A stretch of DNA of 64,000 nt from Clostridiales bacterium (lineage in GTDB: Bacteria > Bacillota > Clostridia > Christensenellales > CAG-138), in contig JAILRE010000003.1 in NCBI GenBank assembly GCA_024698505.1, positions 6,214 to 70,213 of the forward strand. Reading direction: 5' to 3'. Position numbers and translations under genes: made by a program. Positions 55,270 through 64,000 of this stretch are shown in pieces. The notes beneath the pieces are model-generated. The model ran no database searches. It saw only the letters and a list, made by a program, of their open reading frames with translations, and was not told where the DNA came from. The first letter of the stretch is position 1. Each line of letters opens with the position of its first letter.

Positions 55270-56493
55270 ATGCTGCTCATTAAAAACATAGGAATGCTTG
55301 CGACTGCGGAGGGGAAAGCTCCCCTTCGCGGCCGTGATCAGCACGAAGGCGTCAGGATAATCAGGGACGCCGCTGTACTCATAAACGGCGATACGATACA
55401 AGCCGTGTACGAAAACGGCGAGGCTCCCGCCTGCGATAACGTTATAGACGCCAAAGGCAGCCTCGTTACCGCCGGTCTTGTCGACGCGCACACCCACCTT
55501 ATTTTCGGCGGCTGGCGTCAGCATGAAGTCCCCCTTAAGCTGAGGGGCGCCGGGTATCTCGAGATCCTTCAGGCGGGCGGAGGCATACTCAACACCCTCA
55601 CCGCCACGAGAAAAGCCTCGGAGGACGAGCTTTACGGCAGGGCCGCTAAGGCGCTCGATGAAATGCTGGATCACGGCGTTACCACCGTGGAGGCGAAGTC
55701 CGGCTACGGCCTCAACGTGGAGGACGAGCTGAAACAGCTCCGCGTGATAAGAAGGCTGAATACCGAGGGCGGCTTCAGCGTCGTCCCGACTTTCATGGCC
55801 GCGCACGCCGTGCCCCCTGAGTTCAAGGGCGATCCCGACGGGTATATCGAGTTCATCTGCACGAAGATACTGCCCAAGGTCGCCGACGACGAGCTCTGCG
55901 AGTTCGTGGACGTGTTCTGTGAAACGGGCGTGTTCGACGTCGAGCAGTCGAGGAAGATGCTGACGTACGCGCAGGCTTACGGCTTTAAGGCGAAGATCCA
56001 CGCGGACGAGATAGACGCCATAGGCGGCTCCGTACTGGCGGGGGAGATCGGCGCGGTCAGCGCGGAACATCTCATCGCCGTTGACGACGCGGGCATTGCC
56101 TCCATGGCAAGGGGCGGCACGACGGCCTGTCTGCTCCCCGGAACGAGCCTGTACCTCGGCAAGGATTTCGCACCCGCGCGCAAATTCATCGAGGCGGGCG
56201 TCCCCGTCGCCGTCTGCACGGATTTCAACCCCGGCTCCTGTCCGTCGGACAATCTCCAGCTCTGCATGAACCTCGCGTATCTCAGGTACCGCATGACGCC
56301 GGAGGAAGTGCTTTCCGCCGTCACGCTGAACGCCGCCTGCGCGATAGGCAGGGGAGAGACCGTCGGCTCCGTCGAGCCCGGCAAGCAGGCCGATCTCGTA
56401 ATATGGGACGCGCCGGATCTTGATTACCTCGTTTACAGAATGGGAAGCAATTTGGCTTCCGTCGTTATAAGGAAAGGAGAAATAGTAAAATGA
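55270..56493 (+). CDS. hutI: Imidazolonepropionase
   Basis: ATG 55270 follows GGGAGGAAGG. Amidohydrolase metal motif GLVDAHTHLIFGG and HADE. Confidence 0.9.
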   Translation: MLLIKNIGMLATAEGKAPLRGRDQHEGVRIIRDAAVLINGDTIQAVYENGEAPACDNVIDAKGSLVTAGLVDAHTHLIFGGWRQHEVPLKLRGAGYLEILQAGGGILNTLTATRKASEDELYGRAAKALDEMLDHGVTTVEAKSGYGLNVEDELKQLRVIRRLNTEGGFSVVPTFMAAHAVPPEFKGDPDGYIEFICTKILPKVADDELCEFVDVFCETGVFDVEQSRKMLTYAQAYGFKAKIHADEIDAIGGSVLAGEIGAVSAEHLIAVDDAGIASMARGGTTACLLPGTSLYLGKDFAPARKFIEAGVPVAVCTDFNPGSCPSDNLQLCMNLAYLRYRMTPEEVLSAVTLNAACAIGRGETVGSVEPGKQADLVIWDAPDLDYLVYRMGSNLASVVIRKGEIVK

Positions 56494-57113
56494 AACTCAC
56501 CGAAATGACAGTTGCCGATTACATGGAGCTTCTGGGCTCCGACGCACCTGCCCCCGGCGGCGGAAGCGCATCCGCTCTCGTCGGCGCGCAGGGCGTAGGC
56601 CTCTTCACGATGGTCGCCGGCCTCACCCTCGGCCGCAAGAAGTACCTTGACTTCACCGATAACTGCAATATGATAATCGAGCAGGGCAAGCCCGTTCAGC
56701 AGGAGCTCATCGCCCAGATCGACCGCGATACCGAGGCGTTCAACCTCGTCTCCGCCGCTTTCAAGATGCCCAAGGAGACCGATGAGGAGAAGGCCGTCAG
56801 GAAGGCCGCCATACACGACGCGACCATAGTCGCCACCAACGCGCCCTTCTACACGATGGAGCTCTGCCACAAGGGCATAATGCTCGGCAAGGAGCTTGTC
56901 GGCAAGTTCAACACCAACTGCGCTTCCGACCTCGGCGTAGGCGCGCTCAATATCAAGGCGGCCGCGTACGGCGCATGGCTGAACGTGCTCATCAACGTTT
57001 CCGGCCTCGATGAGGAGACCGCCGCCGATTACAAGTCGAGGGGACAGAAGCTCCTCGACGAGATCGACGAGGCTTACGCCTACATCTACGGAGCGGTCAT
57101 GCAGCTCATGTAA
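56490..57113 (+). CDS. Formimidoyltetrahydrofolate cyclodeaminase-like protein (FtcD C-terminal-domain homologue)
   Basis: 207 aa. LGSDAPAPGGGSASALVGAQG is typical of the cyclodeaminase/cyclohydrolase family. The start overlaps the hutI stop (ATGA). Confidence 0.85.
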   Translation: MKLTEMTVADYMELLGSDAPAPGGGSASALVGAQGVGLFTMVAGLTLGRKKYLDFTDNCNMIIEQGKPVQQELIAQIDRDTEAFNLVSAAFKMPKETDEEKAVRKAAIHDATIVATNAPFYTMELCHKGIMLGKELVGKFNTNCASDLGVGALNIKAAAYGAWLNVLINVSGLDEETAADYKSRGQKLLDEIDEAYAYIYGAVMQLM

Positions 57114-57128
57114 GCAAAACGAAATAAA

Positions 57129-57160
57129 CAGCCGCAGGCAGATCCTGCGGCTGTTTTTTT
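57129..57160. terminator. Terminator shared by the hut operon (+) and the convergent folD operon (-)
   Basis: 10-bp stem CAGCCGCAGG/CCTGCGGCTG, 5-nt loop, then TTTTTTT. Confidence 0.85.
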
Positions 57161-57166
57161 GATCCT

Positions 57167-57649
57167 TTATTCCTTCTTCAGCTCGTAATATGCGAAGCCG
57201 TCCCGTTCTTCGACGAACCGGAATCCGAGCTTGTCGAGAACGTGCCGGCTCCTTGAGTTTTGTATTAGCGTGTCGGCCTTAACTGCGTTCATCCCGAGCT
57301 CGTTAAAAGCGTATTCGACCGCGAGCCTTTCGGCCTCTGCGCCGTAGCCTTTGTTTTTAACGGCGTCGTTTTTAAGATGTACGCCGAGCTCGCAAACGCC
57401 GGTGGCATTGTCGATATTCTTCAGCACGACTTCGCCTATGACGTTCCCGTCAAGCATTATTGCAAAGGACAGCCTGTCTTTTGCGCGCAGCCGTTTCTCG
57501 AAATGCGCGTCGACTCTTTCTGCGTCGTATCCAAGGCTCCTTGCCCTTTCGTACGCCGCCGGATCCGTGAACATGACGGGATCGTATTCAAACCCGCGGA
57601 AAAGCTCGTGAAAGAGCCCGCGCGTCATTTTAACGAGCTCAACGCTCAT
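57167..57649 (-). CDS. GNAT family N-acetyltransferase
   Basis: 160 aa. The acetyl-CoA-binding region NKGYGAEAERLAVEYAF fits the GNAT motif A pattern. Overlaps the folD 3' end by 11 nt. Confidence 0.8.
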   Translation of the reverse strand: MSVELVKMTRGLFHELFRGFEYDPVMFTDPAAYERARSLGYDAERVDAHFEKRLRAKDRLSFAIMLDGNVIGEVVLKNIDNATGVCELGVHLKNDAVKNKGYGAEAERLAVEYAFNELGMNAVKADTLIQNSRSRHVLDKLGFRFVEERDGFAYYELKKE

Positions 57650-58496
57650 TTGCCTTCAATGCCGCCTCGACGACGTGGCTCATCAGCACGCTCGTCGTAA
57701 CGCCGCCCACTCCGCCGGGAACGGGAGTCATCGCCGAGACGACGGGGTATACCTCGTCGAAGTCGACGTCGCCCACTATGCGGCCCTTCTCCTCGTCCCA
57801 GTTGATGCCGACGTCGATAACGATCTGATCTTCTCTCACGAAATCGGCGTTGACCATACCGGCGCAGCCCGCCGCCGCGACGAGGATATCGGCGTTCCTC
57901 GCTTTCGAGGCGACGTCCTTCGTGCGGGTATGGCATACGGTAACGGTGGCGTTCTTTTTTATCAGCATCATCGTGACGGGCTTGCCTATTACGAGGCTCC
58001 TGCCGATCACCGTGACGTTCTTTCCGGTGAGCTCTATCCCGTAATGATCCAGAAGCTCTATCACCGCCTGCGCCGTGCAGGGCGCGTAGCCCAGGGGCTT
58101 CTGCGCGTAAACGCCCGCCATGGACATATCGGTTATGCCGTCCATATCCTTTTCGGGTATCAGCGTGTTGCAGACGAGCGCCTCGTTGATGCGGCGGGGG
58201 AGGGGCTTGAACATGAGCACGCCGTGGATGGAATCGTCGGCGTTTATCTCCCTGATGGCTGATATCAGCTCTTCCTCGGTCACGTCCTCGGGGAATATCC
58301 TCTTAACGACGTCAACGCCGACCGAAGCGGCGCGCTTGACGGCCCCGTTTTCATAGGAGAGATCGTCCGGCCTTTCGCCGACCCTTATTATGCAGAGCGT
58401 GGGGATAACGCCCCTTTCGCGAAGCCCCGCCGCTTTTTCGGCAGCCCTTTCGGTTATCGCCGCTGCGACAAGATTGCCCTTCAATAATACAGCCAT
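57639..58496 (-). CDS. folD: Bifunctional methylenetetrahydrofolate dehydrogenase / methenyltetrahydrofolate cyclohydrolase
   Basis: 285 aa with FolD-like sequence throughout, including VIGRSLVIGKP and TPVPGGVGGVT. Confidence 0.95.
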   Translation of the reverse strand: MAVLLKGNLVAAAITERAAEKAAGLRERGVIPTLCIIRVGERPDDLSYENGAVKRAASVGVDVVKRIFPEDVTEEELISAIREINADDSIHGVLMFKPLPRRINEALVCNTLIPEKDMDGITDMSMAGVYAQKPLGYAPCTAQAVIELLDHYGIELTGKNVTVIGRSLVIGKPVTMMLIKKNATVTVCHTRTKDVASKARNADILVAAAGCAGMVNADFVREDQIVIDVGINWDEEKGRIVGDVDFDEVYPVVSAMTPVPGGVGGVTTSVLMSHVVEAALKANER

Positions 58497-58505
58497 AGTA
58501 TTACC

Positions 58506-59798
58506 TCACTCAAGATCGTTTCCGTTTGCGAGCATAATTCGCAGTATCTCCCTGTCGGTCTCGCGCATTCCGTCCTTGCCGAGCCTGCCGATGTTCGCGA
58601 TGGTGTTCTCAACGCCCTTGGAGATTATCCCGTCGCCGCCCTGGAACTCCATGCCGCGGACGTACATCTGGTAGCCCAGTATGCCCGCGTCAACTGCGGA
58701 GGCGATCTTCGCAGCGCAGCTGGGCTTCGCGCCGTCGCAGACGATGCCGCTGACGATGGCGAGGGAATTGACGAGCGTATGCGCCACGACGTCGAAATTG
58801 CCGCCCAAAAGGTAGGCAATGCCGGCGCCCGCTCCGCAGCCCGCGTTCACCGCGCCGCAGAAGGCGGAGAGCCTGCCTATCCAGGTCTTCTGGTGTATCG
58901 TTACGAGATTGGAAACGCAGAGGGACCTTAACAGCTTGTCCTCGCCCACGTCGTACTCCCTTGCGTAGACTATCACGGGAAGCGAAGCCGCCATGCCCTG
59001 GTTGCCGCTGCCTGAGACGATTATGACGGGCATTTCGCACCCGCTCATCCTCGCGTCGGAGCCCGCGGCGGCCATTGCCTTGGCCCTTATCTTCACGTCG
59101 TAGCCGTAAACGTCGAGCAGTACGCGGCCTATCCTCGCGCCCCAATTGCCCCTTATGCCTTCGTTGGCGATGGCGGTGTTGTATTCTATCTGGCGGCCGA
59201 TGGTCTCCCTGATATCGTCAAGCTCGACGGTGTCGGCAAAATCGACTATGTCCTTTATCGTGAGCAGGCCGCGGTCGGTAAGGCCCTGGGAGCTGAGCTC
59301 GATCTCAGGCGCGCTGAAGAGCGTCTCGCCGTTCTTCTGGATGAGCACCACGTTGGTGTGATAATCCTTGATACGAAGGCGGCTGAACTCGCGCTCCTTG
59401 TGCATGGTGATGTCGATATCGAATATGACGTCCTCCTTCGAGGGGCGGACTATCATCGGCACGCTGTGCATGAATTCCTTGATGAGAGGCTTTTTATCCT
59501 CGGGAACGTTTGAAAGCACCTCGAGAACTCCGTCGGCGTTGCCGACGACTATGCCCGCGGCAGCCGCGGCCTCGATGCCCTTCAAGCCGCCCGTATTGGG
59601 GACTATGACGGATTTGACGTTCTTGATAATGTTGCCGCTTACGGTGATCTCGACCCTGTCGGGAATGGAACCAAGCACGCTCCTCGCTTTTGCGGCGGCG
59701 AAGGCGATCGCAATGGGCTCGGTGCATCCCATGGCGGGGACGAGCTCCTCCTTGAGGATATCGATATAGGCTTTGTATTTGGGATCAGTAGGCAGCAT
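58506..59798 (-). CDS. UPF0597 / L-cysteine desulfidase-like (serine dehydratase alpha-like) protein
   Basis: 430 aa. The N-terminal motif PAMGCTEPIAIAFAAA is characteristic of this family. SD GGGAGG. Confidence 0.8.
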   Translation of the reverse strand: MLPTDPKYKAYIDILKEELVPAMGCTEPIAIAFAAAKARSVLGSIPDRVEITVSGNIIKNVKSVIVPNTGGLKGIEAAAAAGIVVGNADGVLEVLSNVPEDKKPLIKEFMHSVPMIVRPSKEDVIFDIDITMHKEREFSRLRIKDYHTNVVLIQKNGETLFSAPEIELSSQGLTDRGLLTIKDIVDFADTVELDDIRETIGRQIEYNTAIANEGIRGNWGARIGRVLLDVYGYDVKIRAKAMAAAGSDARMSGCEMPVIIVSGSGNQGMAASLPVIVYAREYDVGEDKLLRSLCVSNLVTIHQKTWIGRLSAFCGAVNAGCGAGAGIAYLLGGNFDVVAHTLVNSLAIVSGIVCDGAKPSCAAKIASAVDAGILGYQMYVRGMEFQGGDGIISKGVENTIANIGRLGKDGMRETDREILRIMLANGNDLE

Positions 59799-59830
59799 GG
59801 ACTTGACCTCCCGAAAAATCTGCTTTTTAC

Positions 59831-59859
59831 ATTATACATTAAAAAGTCCCGTTTTTCAA
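59831..59859 (-). promoter_or_regulatory. Sigma-A-type promoter of the UPF0597-folD-GNAT operon
   Basis: On the minus strand: TTGAAA(59859-59854)-17 nt-TATAAT(59836-59831). Confidence 0.6.
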
Positions 59860-59906
59860 GGAGAGCGCGGCCGATGACGCAAAAAGATAAAAAAGAAAGG
59901 AAAATG

Positions 59907-59920
59907 TCGTAAATCGTAAA
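59907..59920. repeat. Tandem 7-mer TCGTAAA x2 between divergent promoters
   Basis: 59907-59913 and 59914-59920 are identical. The repeat ends 19 nt before the -35 of the gntR-type gene. Confidence 0.8.
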
Positions 59921-59939
59921 AAAACCGCCATTCGAAAGC

Positions 59940-59968
59940 TTGACAAGCAGAGCTATCCGGTGTATAAT
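59940..59968 (+). promoter_or_regulatory. Sigma-A-type promoter of the GntR-family regulator gene
   Basis: TTGACA(59940-59945)-17 nt-TATAAT(59963-59968). Confidence 0.7.
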
Positions 59969-60028
59969 ATATAAGAATACGGGCCAAGCTATGCGCGCGG
60001 CTCAATACTAACGGAAGTGAGATTAAAA

Positions 60029-60706
60029 ATGAGTACACAGCTTAAAGACATTGCTGAAGAAATGCATCAGAAATCAATGGCCGCGAGGGACTGGGTATTC
60101 CAGGTCATCCGTACAGCCATCATCCGCGGTGTCCTGCCCGGAGGTATGCCTCTCCGTCAGGATGAGATCTCGGCGCAGCTTTCCGTCAGCCACATCCCCG
60201 TAAGGGAAGCGTTCCGTCAGCTCGATGCTCAGGGCCTCGTCAGGATCTACCCGAACCGCGGCGCAGTCGTTACCAAGCTCACCAAGGAAGAACTTGAGAA
60301 TGCCATGGATACCCGCATCATACTTGAGCTCGGCGCTATCCGCGCGGCAGTTCCCCACATGACCGATGAATGCATCGAAAAGGCAGAGGCCATTCTTGCC
60401 CAGGCTTCCGAGGAGGACGATCCCAACAAGCTTGAGGATCTGAACCTCCAGTTCCATTTCGCTCTCTATGAGGCTGCGCAGAATCCCTTCATTCTCCAGC
60501 TCATCGAGCAGCTCCACGCCAACGTCGACAGGTACATCCGTCCCTACTACACCCCCTCCGAGGCGTACGCTCAGACGGTCGGCGAGCACCGCAACCTCAT
60601 CGAGGCCTGCCGCAACGGCGACGTTGAATATGCCTGCGCGATCCTCCGCACCCATCTTGAGAAGACGAAGGTCCTTTCCATCAACTCTCCGCTTCTCGCC
60701 GTATAA
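60029..60706 (+). CDS. GntR family transcriptional regulator (FadR-like, FCD-type C-terminal domain)
   Basis: 225 aa from ATG 60029. N-terminal winged helix (LRQDEISAQLSVSHIPVREAFRQLDAQGLV) and an all-helical C-terminal domain. Confidence 0.85.
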   Translation: MSTQLKDIAEEMHQKSMAARDWVFQVIRTAIIRGVLPGGMPLRQDEISAQLSVSHIPVREAFRQLDAQGLVRIYPNRGAVVTKLTKEELENAMDTRIILELGAIRAAVPHMTDECIEKAEAILAQASEEDDPNKLEDLNLQFHFALYEAAQNPFILQLIEQLHANVDRYIRPYYTPSEAYAQTVGEHRNLIEACRNGDVEYACAILRTHLEKTKVLSINSPLLAV

Positions 60707-60721
60707 CGAATGATTTGCCAT

Positions 60722-60750
60722 AGCCCCCGCAGATCATGCGGGGGGCTTTT
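60722..60750 (+). terminator. Rho-independent terminator of the GntR gene
   Basis: Stem GCCCCCGC/GCGGGGG(G)C with a 7-nt loop, then TTTT. Confidence 0.75.
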
Positions 60751-60766
60751 GCATTGAAAAAGGAGC

Positions 60767-60799
60767 ATAAAAAGGCTCTCCCGTGCATGCGGGAGAGCC
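60767..60799 (-). terminator. Rho-independent terminator of the DUF4349-like gene
   Basis: 10-bp stem GGCTCTCCCG/CGGGAGAGCC, 6-nt loop, T-run on the minus strand. Confidence 0.8.
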
Positions 60800-60813
60800 T
60801 TTGGTTTTACTTG

Positions 60814-61761
60814 TTACTCGGCCTTGGATACCTCTGCGGCCTTCTTTTCCTTCCTGCGGCGGGAGGATCTCTTTACGATAACGACTATCACGATGACTAT
60901 GACGGCGATAATAACAGCCCATACGATGATGACGGGCAGATTGCCGAGGAACCAGAGAGCAAACTCCCTGAACCCGTAGCCGACGGAAGCGAGGCTGTCG
61001 CTGAATTTGACGGAGAGCTCCTTGCCGAAGCTTTCCTTCTCGACGGGGGTCTCGCGCTCGACTTCGGAAATGCTCATCCTGACGGTGCTGTAAGCTACGA
61101 GGCTGTCGTAACTGCGAAGCTTTGCCTCATAGGACTCGATCTGGTACCTGACGTCCGAAAGCCTGTTCTGGAGCAGGATAATGGTGTCCAGATCCTCGGC
61201 GTCGGCCAGGAGCTTGAGGAGCGTATCGTACTCGGTGCGGATGGAGCTGAGCCTTGCCTCTATATCGACGTAGGTATCGGTGACGTCGTCCACGTCCTCG
61301 TGGCGGCTGATTATGTTGCCGAGCCCGTCAACCGCGGCGAGGAACTCGTCCAGCTTATCGGCGGGGATCCTGACGACCATTTCCGCATAGCGAAGGCCGT
61401 AGTATTTATAGCTGCGGGATTCGACGTTGTTGGACTGGATATAGCCGCCGACGGAGAGCGTCTTCTCGGTCACGGAACGGAGGAATTCGTCGAACTCAAG
61501 CGCCTCGATAGTGAGGTTCGCGTTCCTTATGACCTTGCGGCCTGCGAATATGTCGGTGTTCTGGGCGTCGCTGTCCTGCTTGGATTCGCCGGGAGCGGCG
61601 TTGTAGGATTCACTCTGGCTAAAGGAATCGCTCTTGCCGTGGATCCCCTGCTGAGGGGCAAAGGAGCTTGGGGACGTGCTCTCGGCATTCTTGCTGCAGC
61701 CTGTCAATACCATGGCGGCGCAGAGTATCAGAGTTGTCAGTATGACAACGAGCTTTTTCAT
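60814..61761 (-). CDS. DUF4349-like lipoprotein with a C-terminal TM anchor
   Basis: ATG 61761 follows AAGGAGG. Signal MKKLVVILTTLILCAAMVLTGC. Coiled-coil central region and C-terminal TM typical of DUF4349 proteins. Confidence 0.75.
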   Translation of the reverse strand: MKKLVVILTTLILCAAMVLTGCSKNAESTSPSSFAPQQGIHGKSDSFSQSESYNAAPGESKQDSDAQNTDIFAGRKVIRNANLTIEALEFDEFLRSVTEKTLSVGGYIQSNNVESRSYKYYGLRYAEMVVRIPADKLDEFLAAVDGLGNIISRHEDVDDVTDTYVDIEARLSSIRTEYDTLLKLLADAEDLDTIILLQNRLSDVRYQIESYEAKLRSYDSLVAYSTVRMSISEVERETPVEKESFGKELSVKFSDSLASVGYGFREFALWFLGNLPVIIVWAVIIAVIVIVIVVIVKRSSRRRKEKKAAEVSKAE

Positions 61762-61841
61762 TTGATAAACCTCCTTGGGTATCGTTCTGATAATATAACG
61801 CATCGGGAAGGCGTTCGGTTCCGCCGATCCCAAACTTTTTT

Positions 61842-63578
61842 TCAGACGAGCAGCGACGAGATGGCTCCGTCAAGGCTGTTTATAAGGCGGTCGCGCCTCT
61901 CAAGCGCGGCGTCTGCGGAATCGCCGACAGCGCCTATATAAATCTTGAGCTTCGGCTCAGTTCCGCTGGGGCGTACTACCGCCCAAGCTCCGCCGGGAAG
62001 CAGGTACCTCAGCGCGTTCGCGCGGGGCAGACCGGTGGAGGAAGCTTCGCCGCAGGTGAGATCCAGCCTCTCCTGCAGATCGTGATCCTCATAAACGAGC
62101 ACGGGCTCTCCGCCTATTGCGGTAAGGGGATGCTCCCTCAATTCCCGCATCGCGGAGGCGATCTTCTCCATGCCTTCCTTGCCGGAAAGGGAATAGCTCT
62201 TCACGCTCTCAAGGTAATGTCCGAATTCGGAATAGATCTCCTCGAGCACGTCGTACAGCGTCTTGCCCTGCTCCATGTACCAGCAGGCGGCGTCGCATAC
62301 CAGCATGGAAGCGCATACGGCGTCCTTATCGCGGGCAAAGCCTCCGGCAAGGCAGCCGTAGCTTTCCTCAAACCCGAACAGGAAGGTGTATTCGTCTGTC
62401 TTGGCGCAGTGCTCTATCCATTCGGAGATGAAGCGGAAGCCCGTAAGAACGTCCCTTATTTCGACGCCGTACTTTTCGCAGATGGCGTCGGCGAGCGTGG
62501 TGGAGACGAACGACTTGACGACGAGCCCGTTTTCGGGAAGGCGGCCCTCCTCATAGAGGGAGGAGAGTATGTAGTTCGTTAGAAGAGCGCCGGTCTGGTT
62601 GCCCGTCAGCATCATGAATTCGCCGTCCTTCTTCCTGACGGCAACGCCCAGCCTGTCCGAATCGGGATCGGTTGCGAACATGATATCCGCGCCGACCTCG
62701 TCCGCGAGCCTTCGCGCGAGTGTGAACGCGTTCTTATCCTCGGGATTGGGCGCCTTGACGGTCGGGAAATCTCCGTCGGGCTCCGCCTGCTCGGGAACTA
62801 CGTGAAGATCGGTCACGCCAACTCTTTTCAGTATCTCCGTCACGGGGACCCTGCCGCTGCCGTGCAGCGGGGAGTAGACCGCGTTCAGCTTATGTCCGTT
62901 CTCCCTCAGGTTATCGGGGTGTATGAGCAGGCTCATGGTGCATTTGTAATACTCCTCGTCGATCTCGCTGCCGATCACGGTGAGAAGACCGGATGAGAGC
63001 GCAAGCTCCGTAGGCATGGTCTCAACGCCGAAATAATCGAATCTGCGGATGCATTCGAGTATCTTGCCCGCTCTGTCGGGGGCGCACTGGCCGCCGTCCT
63101 CCCAATAGACCTTGTAGCCGTTGTATTCGGGCGGATTGTGGCTTGCGGTGATGACTACGCCCGCAATGCAGTTGAGGTGCCTTATAGTGAACGAGAGCTG
63201 GGGCACCGAATGGAGCGTGGAGTAGAGATAGCATTTTATGCCGTTCGCGCAGAGCGTCAGCGCGGTCTCCATTGCGAAAATGTCGGAGCGGTTGCGCGAA
63301 TCGTAGGCTATTGCCACGCCGCGCTTTGCGCCTTCTTCGCCCTCGATCTGCATGATCGCTTCGGCAAGGCCGCGTGAAGCGCGCCTTACAACGTACCTGT
63401 TCATGCGGTTGGTGCCCGCGCCGATTATCCCGCGAAGACCTGCGGTGCCGAATTCAAGCTCCGTATAGAAGCTCTCCTCGCGCGTCTTCTCATCGGTAAG
63501 CTTCGCCATATCCGCGGAGAGCAGGGGATCTTCAGCGGCTTTTTCGAGCCATCTTTCATATTCGTTTCGCCAATCCAT
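61842..63578 (-). CDS. Phosphoglucomutase / phosphomannomutase family (alpha-D-phosphohexomutase)
   Basis: 578 aa. Active-site phosphoserine loop TASHNPPEYNGYKV and metal loop ATDPDSDR. Confidence 0.9.
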   Translation of the reverse strand: MDWRNEYERWLEKAAEDPLLSADMAKLTDEKTREESFYTELEFGTAGLRGIIGAGTNRMNRYVVRRASRGLAEAIMQIEGEEGAKRGVAIAYDSRNRSDIFAMETALTLCANGIKCYLYSTLHSVPQLSFTIRHLNCIAGVVITASHNPPEYNGYKVYWEDGGQCAPDRAGKILECIRRFDYFGVETMPTELALSSGLLTVIGSEIDEEYYKCTMSLLIHPDNLRENGHKLNAVYSPLHGSGRVPVTEILKRVGVTDLHVVPEQAEPDGDFPTVKAPNPEDKNAFTLARRLADEVGADIMFATDPDSDRLGVAVRKKDGEFMMLTGNQTGALLTNYILSSLYEEGRLPENGLVVKSFVSTTLADAICEKYGVEIRDVLTGFRFISEWIEHCAKTDEYTFLFGFEESYGCLAGGFARDKDAVCASMLVCDAACWYMEQGKTLYDVLEEIYSEFGHYLESVKSYSLSGKEGMEKIASAMRELREHPLTAIGGEPVLVYEDHDLQERLDLTCGEASSTGLPRANALRYLLPGGAWAVVRPSGTEPKLKIYIGAVGDSADAALERRDRLINSLDGAISSLLV

Positions 63579-63654
63579 ATCAAAACCTCCGTAAGCAGTT
63601 CAAATGACAAATATTCCAACAACTATATTATACCTCAAATCTCCGTCAATGCAA

Positions 63655-63683
63655 GAAAAAAGCGGAGAGCGATCGCTCTCCGC
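63655..63683 (-). terminator. Rho-independent terminator of asnS
   Basis: Perfect 22-nt palindrome GCGGAGAGCGATCGCTCTCCGC (63662-63683), followed on the minus strand by TTTTTT. Confidence 0.85.
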
Positions 63684-63697
63684 AAAAGCTGCGTCCA

Positions 63698-64000
63698 TTA
63701 AAGCTCCATGCTTCCCGTGGTGCGGGGGAAGGGGAGGACGTCCCTTATGTTCTGCATGCCGGTGATGTACATGAGGATCCTCTCGAAGCCCATGCCAAAG
63801 CCCGCGTGCTTGACTCCGCCGTACTTCCTGAGGTCGAGATACCACTCGTAATAGCTCATATCCATGTGAAGATCCTCGATCTTCTTCCTCAGCACGTCGT
63901 AGCGCTCCTCACGCTGGCTGCCGCCGATGATCTCGCCCACGCCGGGAACGAGCAGGTCCGCCGCCGCGACGGTCTTTCCGTCGTCGTTCAGCCTCATATA
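63698..64000 (-). CDS. asnS: Asparagine--tRNA ligase, C-terminal fragment (gene runs off the window)
   Basis: Class II motif 3 region [12 protein letters not shown]...[15 protein letters not shown]...PFPR resembles AsnS C-termini. Confidence 0.8.
   Translation of the reverse strand, partial: YMRLNDDGKTVAAADLLVPGVGEIIGGSQREERYDVLRKKIEDLHMDMSYYEWYLDLRKYGGVKHAGFGMGFERILMYITGMQNIRDVLPFPRTTGSMEL

Overview
This 64-kb window comes from a high-G+C chromosome: hand counts of sample 60-nt lines give about 58-68% G+C in most genes. The gene content points to a spore-forming Clostridia-type bacterium. It carries a GerA-type germinant receptor operon, a CotH protein, a SPOR protein, a dockerin-bearing surface protein, and Firmicutes-style pcrA-ligA and obg/nadD-yqeK/rsfS/dnaX neighbourhoods.

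I support about 55 CDS. Nearly all are assignable core or metabolic genes:
- threonine degradation (tdh-kbl)
- trpS, hisS and a partial asnS
- a tightly coupled 10-kb minus-strand block: iorA-iorB-patB-like-pcrA-ligA-AIR-synthase-like-C69 dipeptidase
- mscL, icd, a MATE pump, deoC and mnmA
- a D-Ala-D-Ala carboxypeptidase
- an operon of SAM-methyltransferase, hslO, a TPR protein and a THUMP methyltransferase
- nth and obg
- a folate-dependent histidine-utilisation cluster next to folD
- a phosphohexomutase

I saw no rRNA or tRNA genes, CRISPR arrays, transposases, integrases or recognisable defence genes. I did not find a convincing novel multi-gene system.

The most unusual signals, in order:
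1. The central ~1.8 kb of the pcrA helicase gene is sharply A+T-rich (about 30-43% G+C), while both gene ends match the host. This points to a mosaic gene.
2. A possible relic copy of the AIR-synthase-like gene's 3' end sits just past the C69 dipeptidase gene, which would mark a cassette insertion.
3. Two near-consensus promoters lie so close to their ATG codons that they imply leaderless mRNAs.
4. There are fusions and odd couplings: NadD-YqeK, MscL with a zinc ribbon, and a CopZ-like CxxC protein overlapping mnmA.
5. An orphan BlaI/CopY-type repressor sits behind an A+T-rich control region.

All functional calls come from motif recognition by eye. No database search was run.
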